Shown: positions 1 through 8,670 of the stretch, one piece after another
Position numbering within the stretch: position 1 is the first letter of the stretch
Layout of the letters: each line of letters opens with the position of its first letter
From: PVC group bacterium
Lineage (GTDB): Bacteria; Omnitrophota; Gorgyraeia; B26-G9
Length of the DNA: 64,000 nucleotides
Reading direction: 5' to 3'
Assembly (NCBI GenBank): GCA_024231215.1
Contig: JAAEQR010000072.1
Location: forward strand, 641,210-705,209
Made by a program: the position numbers and the translations under genes
Notes under the pieces: model-generated
Told to the model about the DNA's origin: nothing
Database searches by the model: none
What the model saw: only the letters and a program-made list of their open reading frames with translations

Positions 1-1
1 G

Positions 2-223
2 AAAAAAATACTTTTTTTTCTTTTTGCTTTGCCGATTGCCTTGGCGTCAAATATCGTGCGGATTATGATGTTGATTTTCGTGTTTTATGTTTACGGATCA
101 GAAATAGCAATGGGTTGGTTTCATGATTTCTCGGGGATGCTGGTTTTTATTGTAGCATTCATGGGATTGGTATTATTGAGAAAGTTGTTTTTATTATGTC
201 CGGAAAAAAAATTGATAACTTAA
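2..223 (+). CDS. Exosortase (EpsH family), C-terminal part; 5' end lies outside the window
   Basis: Frame is open from the window edge; hydrophobic; NIVRI (catalytic Arg) and FHDFSG (catalytic His) motifs; followed by an EpsI-like gene and PEP-CTERM genes. Confidence 0.85.
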   Translation, partial: KKILFFLFALPIALASNIVRIMMLIFVFYVYGSEIAMGWFHDFSGMLVFIVAFMGLVLLRKLFLLCPEKKLIT

Positions 224-819
224 CAATAAGTGTTCTTGTGCTTTTTGTGTTTGTTTTATTGACGATGCGTATTGTTTCGTCGCGGGAAGAGTTTGCCTTA
301 GAAGTTGAAAAGCCTTCAATCCCGGCAGAGCTTGCGGATTGGAAATTATTAGGTGAGGTTGTAATTCCCGAAGATATCCTAAAAATATTGGGTACAAAAG
401 CCGCGACTTTGGGAGAATATAGAAATGCTGCGGGAGAAAAGATAGACCTATACATCTTAAAGAGTTCAGGCCGTCGTTCTACAATACATTCTCCGGAGTA
501 TTGTTATCTTGGTTCGGGTAAGAATGAACTCTTAAAAAGGGGCAAATACGATGTTTCACTTGATTCGGGAAAAACATTAAAAGTAAACTATTTGTTCATC
601 CAAATTGAAGGTGGATTTCAAACGGTTGTATATTTTTATACGGCAAATCAATTGAAAACACACAACTATTATAAACAGCAATTATTTTTCATTTTGAAAC
701 GGCTAAAGAATGAGCCAGTGGAAGGGTGCTTGATGAGAGTTGCAAAATTCTCTAGAAATAATGATTTGGAGCCATCTTTAGAATCATTGCAACCTGTTGT
801 TAGGGAGTTGGTTAGGTGA
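196..819 (+). CDS. Exosortase-associated EpsI family protein
   Basis: N-terminal TM anchor, IHSPEYCYLGSG motif typical of EpsI, overlaps the exosortase stop. Confidence 0.85.
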   Translation: MSGKKIDNLTISVLVLFVFVLLTMRIVSSREEFALEVEKPSIPAELADWKLLGEVVIPEDILKILGTKAATLGEYRNAAGEKIDLYILKSSGRRSTIHSPEYCYLGSGKNELLKRGKYDVSLDSGKTLKVNYLFIQIEGGFQTVVYFYTANQLKTHNYYKQQLFFILKRLKNEPVEGCLMRVAKFSRNNDLEPSLESLQPVVRELVR

Positions 820-865
820 TTATTTTTCTGTATTTTTAAAAAGTTTTAAAAAGTTTTCAGCAATC

Positions 866-894
866 TTGACAGGTTGAACTTTATGTGGTATACT
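866..894 (+). promoter_or_regulatory. Sigma70-type promoter
   Basis: TTGACA-17 bp-TATACT with TG extended -10, upstream of the GH26 gene. Confidence 0.7.
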
Positions 895-945
895 TTTGAT
901 AGTTTTTATTATTCAGAAACACAAAATTAATTTTGGGTGTCGATT

Positions 946-2046
946 ATGAAAAGAAAAGCTTATCCTATAAATCGAATAGCGCAAGTACTTATCGCAATAA
1001 TAGGCATGTTGTCTGTTAGTGTTACAGGCCTATTTGCGGCAAGTTGTGATATTGGAGCATTTGTTGGTAATGATGATCATCGTGCTCCTTATGATTATGA
1101 AGTGCGTGATTTTGAGAATATAACCGGACATCATTTAGATTCAGTCCAGTTGTTCTGGGCATGGAACGATGGTAGTTTTCCGGGTGCTGATTTGGATACC
1201 GGAGTTCGTTATCATGATGGTTATAACACGCAGACCAGTCTTCAGCTTACTTGGGAGCCTTGGTCCAGAGCTGGTGGAACCGACGCTTCTTATACTCTTC
1301 CAAATATAATCAATGGTACATACGATTCTTATATTACACAATTCGCAAACGATTGCTATAGCTGGCAGGCACCGATTAGATTACGTTTTGCGCATGAAAT
1401 GATTACTCCTTCTGGAACTGACAATTGGTATCCATGGCAGAATAACCCCACAGAATATACTCAAGCCTGGCGTCATATTTACAATATTTTTGAACAGGAA
1501 TCCGCATCACGCGCGGTAGACAATGTGGAATTTGTTTGGGCGCCGTTAGGAGCGATTGGTAACACGACAACGTTACAGCAGTATTATCCGGGACAGGAAT
1601 ATGTTGATTGGATTGGTATGGGAGGACATAATGCCGGAGAAGATGGTGAACCGGGATGGCCTTACTGGCAGAATTTTGATGATTTGTTTGCTAATGTTTA
1701 TAATGTTGTAACTCAGCATCCGGAAATCTTTGGTGATAAAGAGATGATGATTGCTGAATTTTCATCTGCAGATGGCGATAGTCCTAGCGATAAAGCGACT
1801 TGGATTGCACAAGCTTTTTCAAGAATAAAAAATAACTATACAAAAATTAGCGCGTTTTACTGGTTCAATACCGTGAAAGAACATGACTGGCGGATTAATT
1901 CTACTCCGGAAAGTCTTGCGGCATTCCAGTATTTTATGGAAGATGAATATTTCACATCCCATGTTGTACCTGAACCAAGCGGAATAATTCTATTCGGAGC
2001 GGGATTGACATATTTGTTAGGAATTTGTAAAAGAATTAATGTGTAG
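946..2046 (+). CDS. Glycoside hydrolase family 26-like protein with PEP-CTERM sorting signal
   Basis: Signal peptide; LTWEPW, RFAHEM (acid/base Glu), YYPGQEYVDWIG, MIAEF (nucleophile); C-terminal VPEPS + TM + basic tail. Alternative GTG start at 937. Confidence 0.85.
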   Translation: MKRKAYPINRIAQVLIAIIGMLSVSVTGLFAASCDIGAFVGNDDHRAPYDYEVRDFENITGHHLDSVQLFWAWNDGSFPGADLDTGVRYHDGYNTQTSLQLTWEPWSRAGGTDASYTLPNIINGTYDSYITQFANDCYSWQAPIRLRFAHEMITPSGTDNWYPWQNNPTEYTQAWRHIYNIFEQESASRAVDNVEFVWAPLGAIGNTTTLQQYYPGQEYVDWIGMGGHNAGEDGEPGWPYWQNFDDLFANVYNVVTQHPEIFGDKEMMIAEFSSADGDSPSDKATWIAQAFSRIKNNYTKISAFYWFNTVKEHDWRINSTPESLAAFQYFMEDEYFTSHVVPEPSGIILFGAGLTYLLGICKRINV

Positions 2047-2064
2047 GAAGGGAGGGAATACGAA

Positions 2065-2658
2065 TTGACTAAGAAGCTTTTATTAATAATTTGCGCAGTA
2101 AGTTTGCTGGTTGTTCCAGCGGTAGTTAGCGCAGCGGATGATTTCCAGGGGTTTGGAGTATATCTTGACCGAGGTAGTCGTGCTAATCATTATTCTCCGT
2201 CAGGATGGATGGGTGATTATGGTGACCTTAAGATTACCCAAGGACATAAAGACAATCCATATTCCGGGAAGACTTGTATTAAAATTACTTATACCGCAGA
2301 AGGAAAACAGGGTGCGAACTGGGCAGGGATGTACTGGCAGTGGCCGCCAAATAACTGGGGTGAAAGAAACGGTGGTTTTGATCTGACTGGTGCGACAAAA
2401 CTGACTTTCTGGGCTCGCGGAGAAACCGGTGACGAACATATAGTGGAATTTAAGGTCGGCGGATTAACCGGCACATATTCTGACACTGATTCTAATAGTA
2501 TTGGGCCGGTAGAATTAACTTCTGAATGGACACAATACGAGATTGATTTAACTGACCTTGATTTATCATACATTAGTGGTGGATTTGCCTGGGTAACTAA
2601 TTCTATGGCAAACCAAGAAGGATGTGTTTTCTATCTTGATGATATTAGATACGAATAA
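2065..2658 (+). CDS. Secreted carbohydrate-binding-like (galactose-binding jelly-roll) protein
   Basis: TTG start after strong SD; signal peptide; PSGWMGD, LTFWARG, EWTQYEIDL and FYLDDIRYE resemble CBM11/CIA30-like folds. Confidence 0.6.
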   Translation: MTKKLLLIICAVSLLVVPAVVSAADDFQGFGVYLDRGSRANHYSPSGWMGDYGDLKITQGHKDNPYSGKTCIKITYTAEGKQGANWAGMYWQWPPNNWGERNGGFDLTGATKLTFWARGETGDEHIVEFKVGGLTGTYSDTDSNSIGPVELTSEWTQYEIDLTDLDLSYISGGFAWVTNSMANQEGCVFYLDDIRYE

Positions 2659-2730
2659 AAAGAGAGAGAGGTGATCAGGATGAATAATTTATTAAGTATT
2701 ACTAACGAAAAAATGAAAGGAGGTGAAATA

Positions 2731-3360
2731 ATGAAAAAGGTATTTGCAATTATAGCTATGATTACTTTGTTAAGCATTCCTGCGATAGCACAAGCAAACT
2801 TATTGGTCAACGGAAGTTTTGAGCAGGCACCAGGACCTAGCGATCCTCGTTTCCCAGGTTGGGATAGTTCATGGGGTGAAGCATATAATAACTGGTTGAG
2901 AACAGCAACTGCTCCTTATGCTACTGATGGAAGTTGGTATGCAAAGTGTTGGTGGGATGGCGGTATTGTACAGTCTGTAAGTGTCACCGGAGACCAAACC
3001 TATGAATTGCTCTTCGATTGGTGGTGTGCAGATAATGCTGTTGGAGAAGGATGGGCTACTGAAGCAAAGATTGAGTATTTCAATGCTTCAGACATATCTG
3101 TTGGCACTGAGAGTTTTGCCCTTACTAGTTTAGCTGATGGTAATTGGCATGAAGATATTGGCGGAACTACAGTTGCTCCAACCCCAGCGGTAACAGCGGA
3201 ACTCACTTTTTTTACATGGGCGGATGCTACTACCGAACCAGGTAACCCAACAGGTTGGGATAACGTAAGATTTGACGTAATTCCAGAGCCGAGCAGTCTT
3301 TTGCTTTTAGGTACTGGTATTATGGGTATGCTTTCCGCGGTAAGAAAAAAGAAAGCATAA
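2731..3360 (+). CDS. PEP-CTERM sorting domain protein with CBM-like N-terminal domain
   Basis: SD AAAGGAGGTG; signal peptide then NLLVNGSFE; ends IPEPSSLLLLGTG...RKKKA. Confidence 0.9.
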   Translation: MKKVFAIIAMITLLSIPAIAQANLLVNGSFEQAPGPSDPRFPGWDSSWGEAYNNWLRTATAPYATDGSWYAKCWWDGGIVQSVSVTGDQTYELLFDWWCADNAVGEGWATEAKIEYFNASDISVGTESFALTSLADGNWHEDIGGTTVAPTPAVTAELTFFTWADATTEPGNPTGWDNVRFDVIPEPSSLLLLGTGIMGMLSAVRKKKA

Positions 3361-3390
3361 ATAAATAATACGCTATTTTATAGGTAAGCT

Positions 3391-3426
3391 AAAAGAGCAG
3401 GAGTTTTACTCCTGCTCTTTTGTTTT
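3391..3426 (+). terminator. Intrinsic terminator, probably bidirectional
   Basis: AAAAGAGCAGGAGT-ttt-ACTCCTGCTCTTTT perfect stem with T tract. Confidence 0.9.
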
Positions 3427-3516
3427 CTGTAGAGCCATTGTATGTGCATTTTTCTTATGGTATAATTATATTCAGCTATAAGATATTTAAGATATTATTT
3501 TAATTAGGAAGTAGTA

Positions 3517-6102
3517 ATGAAAAAGATAAAACGCTCCGGGATTGCCTTGATCATGGCTGTCGGGATACTTGCTATCCTGGCTATGGTTGCTATCGGTTTT
3601 TCTGTGTTTGCTCGTATGGAATTAAAATCTTCTACAGGTTATGAAAATCAATTCCAGGCAGATTGTATTGCAGAGGCCGGGATCTCTCAGACTATCTGGG
3701 ATTTGAAATACGGAGCAAAGGGAGTAAAAGCAGAACTCTATGATACGCCTTTAGATGATTGGTATTATGAAGGTGATGGAGGTTCTAACCCTGTAGCCGA
3801 TGATCTGAAAACTGCAGCAACACCTTCCTTTGGCGTTCCGCAAGCTTTTGGCGGTGGTACTTATAAACTTAAAGTTATTGATTGTGCAAGTCTAGTAAAT
3901 ATCAATGTGCCTTTCCCTGGGAGTAATCCAAATGTTAGGAATGGCTTGCAGGCTGTCTTAGGTGGATTATTAAGTAGTTCTTCAAAAGCAACTGATATAT
4001 TAAACTATCGTCAAACTCTCCCTAATAACAAGTTTATTTCCAAAGAAGAGATGAAATTGGTTAGTACTGTTAATGATAGTGATTATAATAATATTAAAGA
4101 TTATATAACCTTGTATGGGGGTGTTGATACTGGTGATTATACCTTGGGTCAGACGTTAGGGGCTCAGCCTGGGCATACAGAGATGTGTTTTATAAATGTT
4201 AATACTGCCCCAGCAGTTGTATTGGATACGGTTTTAGATCCGATTATGTCAGGCAGTACAGCTACGCTGATTAGCCATATTATTAGTCGGAGGAATAGTA
4301 ATCCTTTTGATGGGTCTAATACAGGGACTGATAATTTCTCTTCAGCTTTAGGTGAGTGGCAGTGGTTTTTACAGAATGAGGAGGCTAACGGTGATATTAG
4401 TGTAGGAGACTTGGCAAGTTTACTTGATGAAACCAACCCCAATCGTTATGAGCCAGGTGTAGCTGTTACTCCTAGTACTTATTTTTCTTTTGATTCTGGG
4501 GGGTATTATGAAATAGAGGCGATTGGGGATTATAACGGAGCAAGTAAACGCATAACCAAAGCAGTGCATATCTATAATAAAATATATCAGACAAGTAAAG
4601 AAGATTTTGATACTAAAAATGATCCTCTGCGCACTACACGTGTAACCTGGAAAGATTCCTGTCCGGTTACCTATGGTTGTTTAAAAAAACATATCTATGA
4701 TCCTACTGCAACAGATGTGGAATTAATGCTGGGTTCTATAAAATTAGGATTTTGGGATGATTTTGATGAAGACTATGATCATAGCAATCCTAATGATAAA
4801 GGGGATTGGGTTACTTTGCAGGAGAGTTTTAATATTGCAGTGGATCCAAATGATTCAAATAATTGGATTCTTAGAACTTGGCCTATCGGAGGACCGGGTA
4901 GTTTTGTGCAGGGCAGAAATTATTTTCCGAATGTAGAACTTGATAGGGATAAATGGAGGGTTAATGGTTTTTCGATTTGTGTTCGTTTAATTGACGAATT
5001 AGATGATGTTAAGGCACCTGCTGGATGGAGAACGGATCTTCCTTGGCCGAATATTCCTAATGGTGGAAATTGGGGAAATGATGCAGATACTAGTACTTGC
5101 CCTGATCCATCGAGAATTAAGTCTGGAAAATACCATGAGCGTTTTATGAATGTAGCGCATTTGAAATTTGGAGTGAATCCTATGGATTGTGCTGGAGTAT
5201 ATTGTTCTTTCCCGCAGGAATACGATATACTTCCGGATGGTACAGATAATGTATTGTATAGTCAATGGGTTGATTATGATGGTACTGGTTATATATATTT
5301 TGCGCCTGCTCCTGACCCAGCAAATCCAGCTATAGATGTTACTCTTAAACCTTTTAGTGTTTTGCGTGAGCCACAGTTAATGGTTATATTTGATAGTTGG
5401 TGGTGGCCGGATTCCTCTCCCTCAGGCTTCCGTGGATCTGAAGAAGGGACTGAATGTAAGTCTATGGTATCTTATGGTTACCAGCATGATAAAACTTTTT
5501 GTTTATCAACCAAGGGTCCAATGAATATTGATATAACTGTTTATTTCCCTGGCAATTCTATGTCTGCTAAAAACCCGGATATACCTAATGACTGGAATGG
5601 AGGTTTTATGGCATATCCATCGTATAATGATTGGGAAAATAGAATTATTACAATGTCGGGGATTAACAGTCTCTTTGATATGGATAATGTTCGAATTATT
5701 CCCGAACAAGGAGTATATACTGCAGGGAATTTTGATCCTACTAATACTGGTGGGACTTTAAATATGATTGAATGGGGAACGTTGTCTTCTGGGGTTAGCT
5801 TGCCTCAAAATGCTAATAAGGATAAAGAAAGAGTGTTTTTGCATACTAACTTTTTCGGATTAGATACTTATGCTTTGCCAGGACCAGGTGATGTAGAACC
5901 CGTATCGGCAGGGGTGTATTCTCCTGCAGGAGGTTCTTTAGGCGCTGGGACTTATCCTGTAATACGGTATCGAATTTATATGTTTTCAGATGATGATCGG
6001 GTGGTTGCTAGTAGTTATAAGTTTGAAAATACTCCGGTTGTAGAGGATGTAACAATTACCTACATGCCGCAGACAAAAATATTAGCTATGAATAAGAATT
6101 AA
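3517..6102 (+). CDS. Large GspK/PilX-like minor pseudopilin with long C-terminal extension
   Basis: KRSG|IALIMAVGILAIL class III signal lacking Glu5; QADCIAEAGI, LVNIN and FINVNTAP are GspK-type motifs; ~500 aa additional unknown C-terminal region. Confidence 0.7.
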   Translation: MKKIKRSGIALIMAVGILAILAMVAIGFSVFARMELKSSTGYENQFQADCIAEAGISQTIWDLKYGAKGVKAELYDTPLDDWYYEGDGGSNPVADDLKTAATPSFGVPQAFGGGTYKLKVIDCASLVNINVPFPGSNPNVRNGLQAVLGGLLSSSSKATDILNYRQTLPNNKFISKEEMKLVSTVNDSDYNNIKDYITLYGGVDTGDYTLGQTLGAQPGHTEMCFINVNTAPAVVLDTVLDPIMSGSTATLISHIISRRNSNPFDGSNTGTDNFSSALGEWQWFLQNEEANGDISVGDLASLLDETNPNRYEPGVAVTPSTYFSFDSGGYYEIEAIGDYNGASKRITKAVHIYNKIYQTSKEDFDTKNDPLRTTRVTWKDSCPVTYGCLKKHIYDPTATDVELMLGSIKLGFWDDFDEDYDHSNPNDKGDWVTLQESFNIAVDPNDSNNWILRTWPIGGPGSFVQGRNYFPNVELDRDKWRVNGFSICVRLIDELDDVKAPAGWRTDLPWPNIPNGGNWGNDADTSTCPDPSRIKSGKYHERFMNVAHLKFGVNPMDCAGVYCSFPQEYDILPDGTDNVLYSQWVDYDGTGYIYFAPAPDPANPAIDVTLKPFSVLREPQLMVIFDSWWWPDSSPSGFRGSEEGTECKSMVSYGYQHDKTFCLSTKGPMNIDITVYFPGNSMSAKNPDIPNDWNGGFMAYPSYNDWENRIITMSGINSLFDMDNVRIIPEQGVYTAGNFDPTNTGGTLNMIEWGTLSSGVSLPQNANKDKERVFLHTNFFGLDTYALPGPGDVEPVSAGVYSPAGGSLGAGTYPVIRYRIYMFSDDDRVVASSYKFENTPVVEDVTITYMPQTKILAMNKN

Positions 6103-6121
6103 AGAAAAGGAGAGAGGAGAT

Positions 6122-6427
6122 ATGTCAGAGAAGAGAAAATATAAAAGGTTAAGTCAGGTTGTGCCGGTGCGTCATCGCAAACAAAAAGAAGCCAATGTGA
6201 AATCCAGTCAGGCTTTGGATATCTCTACCGGAGGTATGCGTATTGCCTCTGAGGCGCAGCTGGAGATTGGCTCAGAATTAAATATCGAAATGCATATTAA
6301 TAAATCAGCCCAGCCTTTTTATGCTAAAGGAGAAGTAGTTTGGCTTAAGGAAAAAGAGAATAAAACTTTTGATGTTGGGATAAAGTTTGTGCGTGTTGTG
6401 CAAAAAACTGAAATAGAAGGATTTTAA
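6122..6427 (+). CDS. Single-domain PilZ protein
   Basis: EKRKYKR (RxxxR) and DISTGG (DxSxxG) c-di-GMP motifs. Confidence 0.9.
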   Translation: MSEKRKYKRLSQVVPVRHRKQKEANVKSSQALDISTGGMRIASEAQLEIGSELNIEMHINKSAQPFYAKGEVVWLKEKENKTFDVGIKFVRVVQKTEIEGF

Positions 6428-6438
6428 TCTTTCATTAA

Positions 6439-7935
6439 ATGGATTTTAAGAAAAATTTATATAGATTACTGAAGGTTCTCGTTATCGCTTTTTGGCTGGT
6501 GATGATGGGAACCTTATTTGCAAAAAATTTAATCTTCTACAACAGCCTTACCGCGTATCAGCCTTTTCTATCTAAAAATACGCTTCTTTCCGACCAGTGG
6601 ATGGGAATTTACTTTAATGATAACCATGTTGGATTTTCACACACTTCTATTGAGCCTTATAATATCAAAAGTGGCGTTTCAGGATACCGGATCATAAGCC
6701 GTACAAACATGAATTTTTTACTTTTAAGAAAAAGGCAGCGTGTCTGGTTTGACGCGGCGGCAATCGTTGATGAGAATTACCAATTAGTAAACTTTGAATT
6801 CTATCTGCGTTCCGGGATGCATAAGATTAATGTAAAAGGCCTGGTATCAAAGGCAAATGAAATAAACCTGGCTATTGATTCGCAAGGGGTAGTTAGCAGC
6901 CGCAAGATCGTTCTGCCTGAGCAGGAAGGCGTGATCTTGGCTAGTATTATCAGTCCGTTTAATTCGTTCGGCAACTTAAGTGTAGGGGCAAAATATAATT
7001 TAAAAGTATTAAATCCTTTTACCCTTGCACTTGAACCATTAGCTTTAGAAGTTGCCGGTAAGGAGATGCTCGAGCATGAAGGAGAACAGATAGAAGTATT
7101 TATCGTAAAATCCGATTACCGCGGTTTTAAACAGACAGCCTGGGTAAATAAAGAAGGAGAAATTATAAAAGAAGAAACAGCTTTAGGCTGGATTCTTCGA
7201 AAAGAATCGCCGGATATTGCAACGAGGTTATTAGAGACAGCTGATAGATCAGATACGGAATTATTAGAATTTGTATCTTTAACTTCAAATATGAACTTAG
7301 ATAAAAAGGATGCTGTGTATTTAAAACTTGCCTTATCCGGGGTGGGAGATGAATTTCCCCTTGAAAACCAGCGGCAGAGACTTGAATCTAAAGAAGTGCT
7401 GATTATAAATAAAGAATCAATTAAACCAGAGGAAGCTTTAAGTTTACCGATTGATAAGTATAGTGAGTTCCTTAAGGCGACTGATTTTCTCCAGGTAAAT
7501 GACGAAAAGATTCAAAAGATGGCCAAACGGATCTTAAAGAATGAAAATAATAGCTGGCTAGCTGCGAAAAAAATAAATGACTGGGTGTATAAGACGATCC
7601 GAAAAACACCGGTAGTAAGTATTCCTTCAGCTATAGATGTTTTAAATACGCGGGAAGGAGACTGTAATGAACATACCGCTTTATTTACTGCTTTGGCGCG
7701 TGCTGCAGGAATTCCTGCGAAAGTTCATGTCGGACTTGTGTATTTGAAAGGCAGATTTTATTATCATGCCTGGCCCAGTGTGTACGTGGGAAAATGGATA
7801 GATATGGATCCTACGTTTGGCCAGGATATCGCGGATGTTAGTCATATAAAGCTTTTAGAAGGAGATTTGAATAAACAATTGGATATTGTTAAACTGATCG
7901 GTAAGATTGCATTGGAGGTGATTGAATATAGATGA
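6439..7935 (+). CDS. Membrane-anchored transglutaminase-like (Cys-His-Asp) protein
   Basis: N-terminal TM; GDCNEH, YHAW and MDPT catalytic triad motifs in the C-terminal domain. Confidence 0.85.
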   Translation: MDFKKNLYRLLKVLVIAFWLVMMGTLFAKNLIFYNSLTAYQPFLSKNTLLSDQWMGIYFNDNHVGFSHTSIEPYNIKSGVSGYRIISRTNMNFLLLRKRQRVWFDAAAIVDENYQLVNFEFYLRSGMHKINVKGLVSKANEINLAIDSQGVVSSRKIVLPEQEGVILASIISPFNSFGNLSVGAKYNLKVLNPFTLALEPLALEVAGKEMLEHEGEQIEVFIVKSDYRGFKQTAWVNKEGEIIKEETALGWILRKESPDIATRLLETADRSDTELLEFVSLTSNMNLDKKDAVYLKLALSGVGDEFPLENQRQRLESKEVLIINKESIKPEEALSLPIDKYSEFLKATDFLQVNDEKIQKMAKRILKNENNSWLAAKKINDWVYKTIRKTPVVSIPSAIDVLNTREGDCNEHTALFTALARAAGIPAKVHVGLVYLKGRFYYHAWPSVYVGKWIDMDPTFGQDIADVSHIKLLEGDLNKQLDIVKLIGKIALEVIEYR

Positions 7936-8663
7936 TTAAGACGGAGAATTTAAGAAAAGAATTTGGGGATTTAGTGGCTCTTAATGATCTTTCTTTGGAT
8001 ATTGCTGAAGGAGAGTTCTTTGCTTTTTTAGGGCCTAATGCCGCGGGCAAGACAACCACAATAAAGCTATTGATTGGATTGCTTAAGCCGACAAAAGGCA
8101 CGGCTTATGTTTGCGGTTATAATATACAAAAAGATTATGTGGAAGCTAAAAAACATATAAGTTATATTCCAGATTTTCCTTTTTTATATGAAAAGCTTAC
8201 AGCCCGGGAGTTTTTGCATTTTGTCTGTGATTTGTATCCAGAACAGGAGATGAAAAACAGGAAGACTGTAATCGATGATCTTTTATTAAAATTCAACTTG
8301 AATGAACATCAAAATCATTTGATTGAGCATTATTCGCATGGTATGCGGCAGAAGCTGGTGTTTGCCGCGTCTTTGATCCATGATCCGAAGGTGATGATTA
8401 TTGATGAACCAATGGTTGGATTAGATCCGCATTCTACACGTGTAGTGAAAGATATTTTAAAAGAAAAGTCAAAACAGGGTGTGACGATATTTTTATCGAC
8501 TCATACTTTAAGCGTGGCTGAAGAATTGGCTGATCGTATTGGAATAATAGATCACGGCAAGCTGATTGCGATAGGAACCTTAGATGAACTGAGAAAATCC
8601 TCAGGTGAAGGCGGTAGATTAGAAGATGTGTTTTTGCGACTTACCGAGGAGGAAGGTTCGTAA
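7932..8663 (+). CDS. ABC transporter ATP-binding protein
   Basis: Walker A GPNAAGKTT, signature YSHGM, Walker B IIDEP, H-loop STH. Confidence 0.95.
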   Translation: MIKTENLRKEFGDLVALNDLSLDIAEGEFFAFLGPNAAGKTTTIKLLIGLLKPTKGTAYVCGYNIQKDYVEAKKHISYIPDFPFLYEKLTAREFLHFVCDLYPEQEMKNRKTVIDDLLLKFNLNEHQNHLIEHYSHGMRQKLVFAASLIHDPKVMIIDEPMVGLDPHSTRVVKDILKEKSKQGVTIFLSTHTLSVAEELADRIGIIDHGKLIAIGTLDELRKSSGEGGRLEDVFLRLTEEEGS

Positions 8664-8670
8664 ATAAATT

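Noticed and set aside
820-3516. Sigma54 (-24/-12) promoters upstream of PEP-CTERM genes
   Set aside because: No TGGCAC-N5-TTGC-like motif seen; a good sigma70 promoter is present instead
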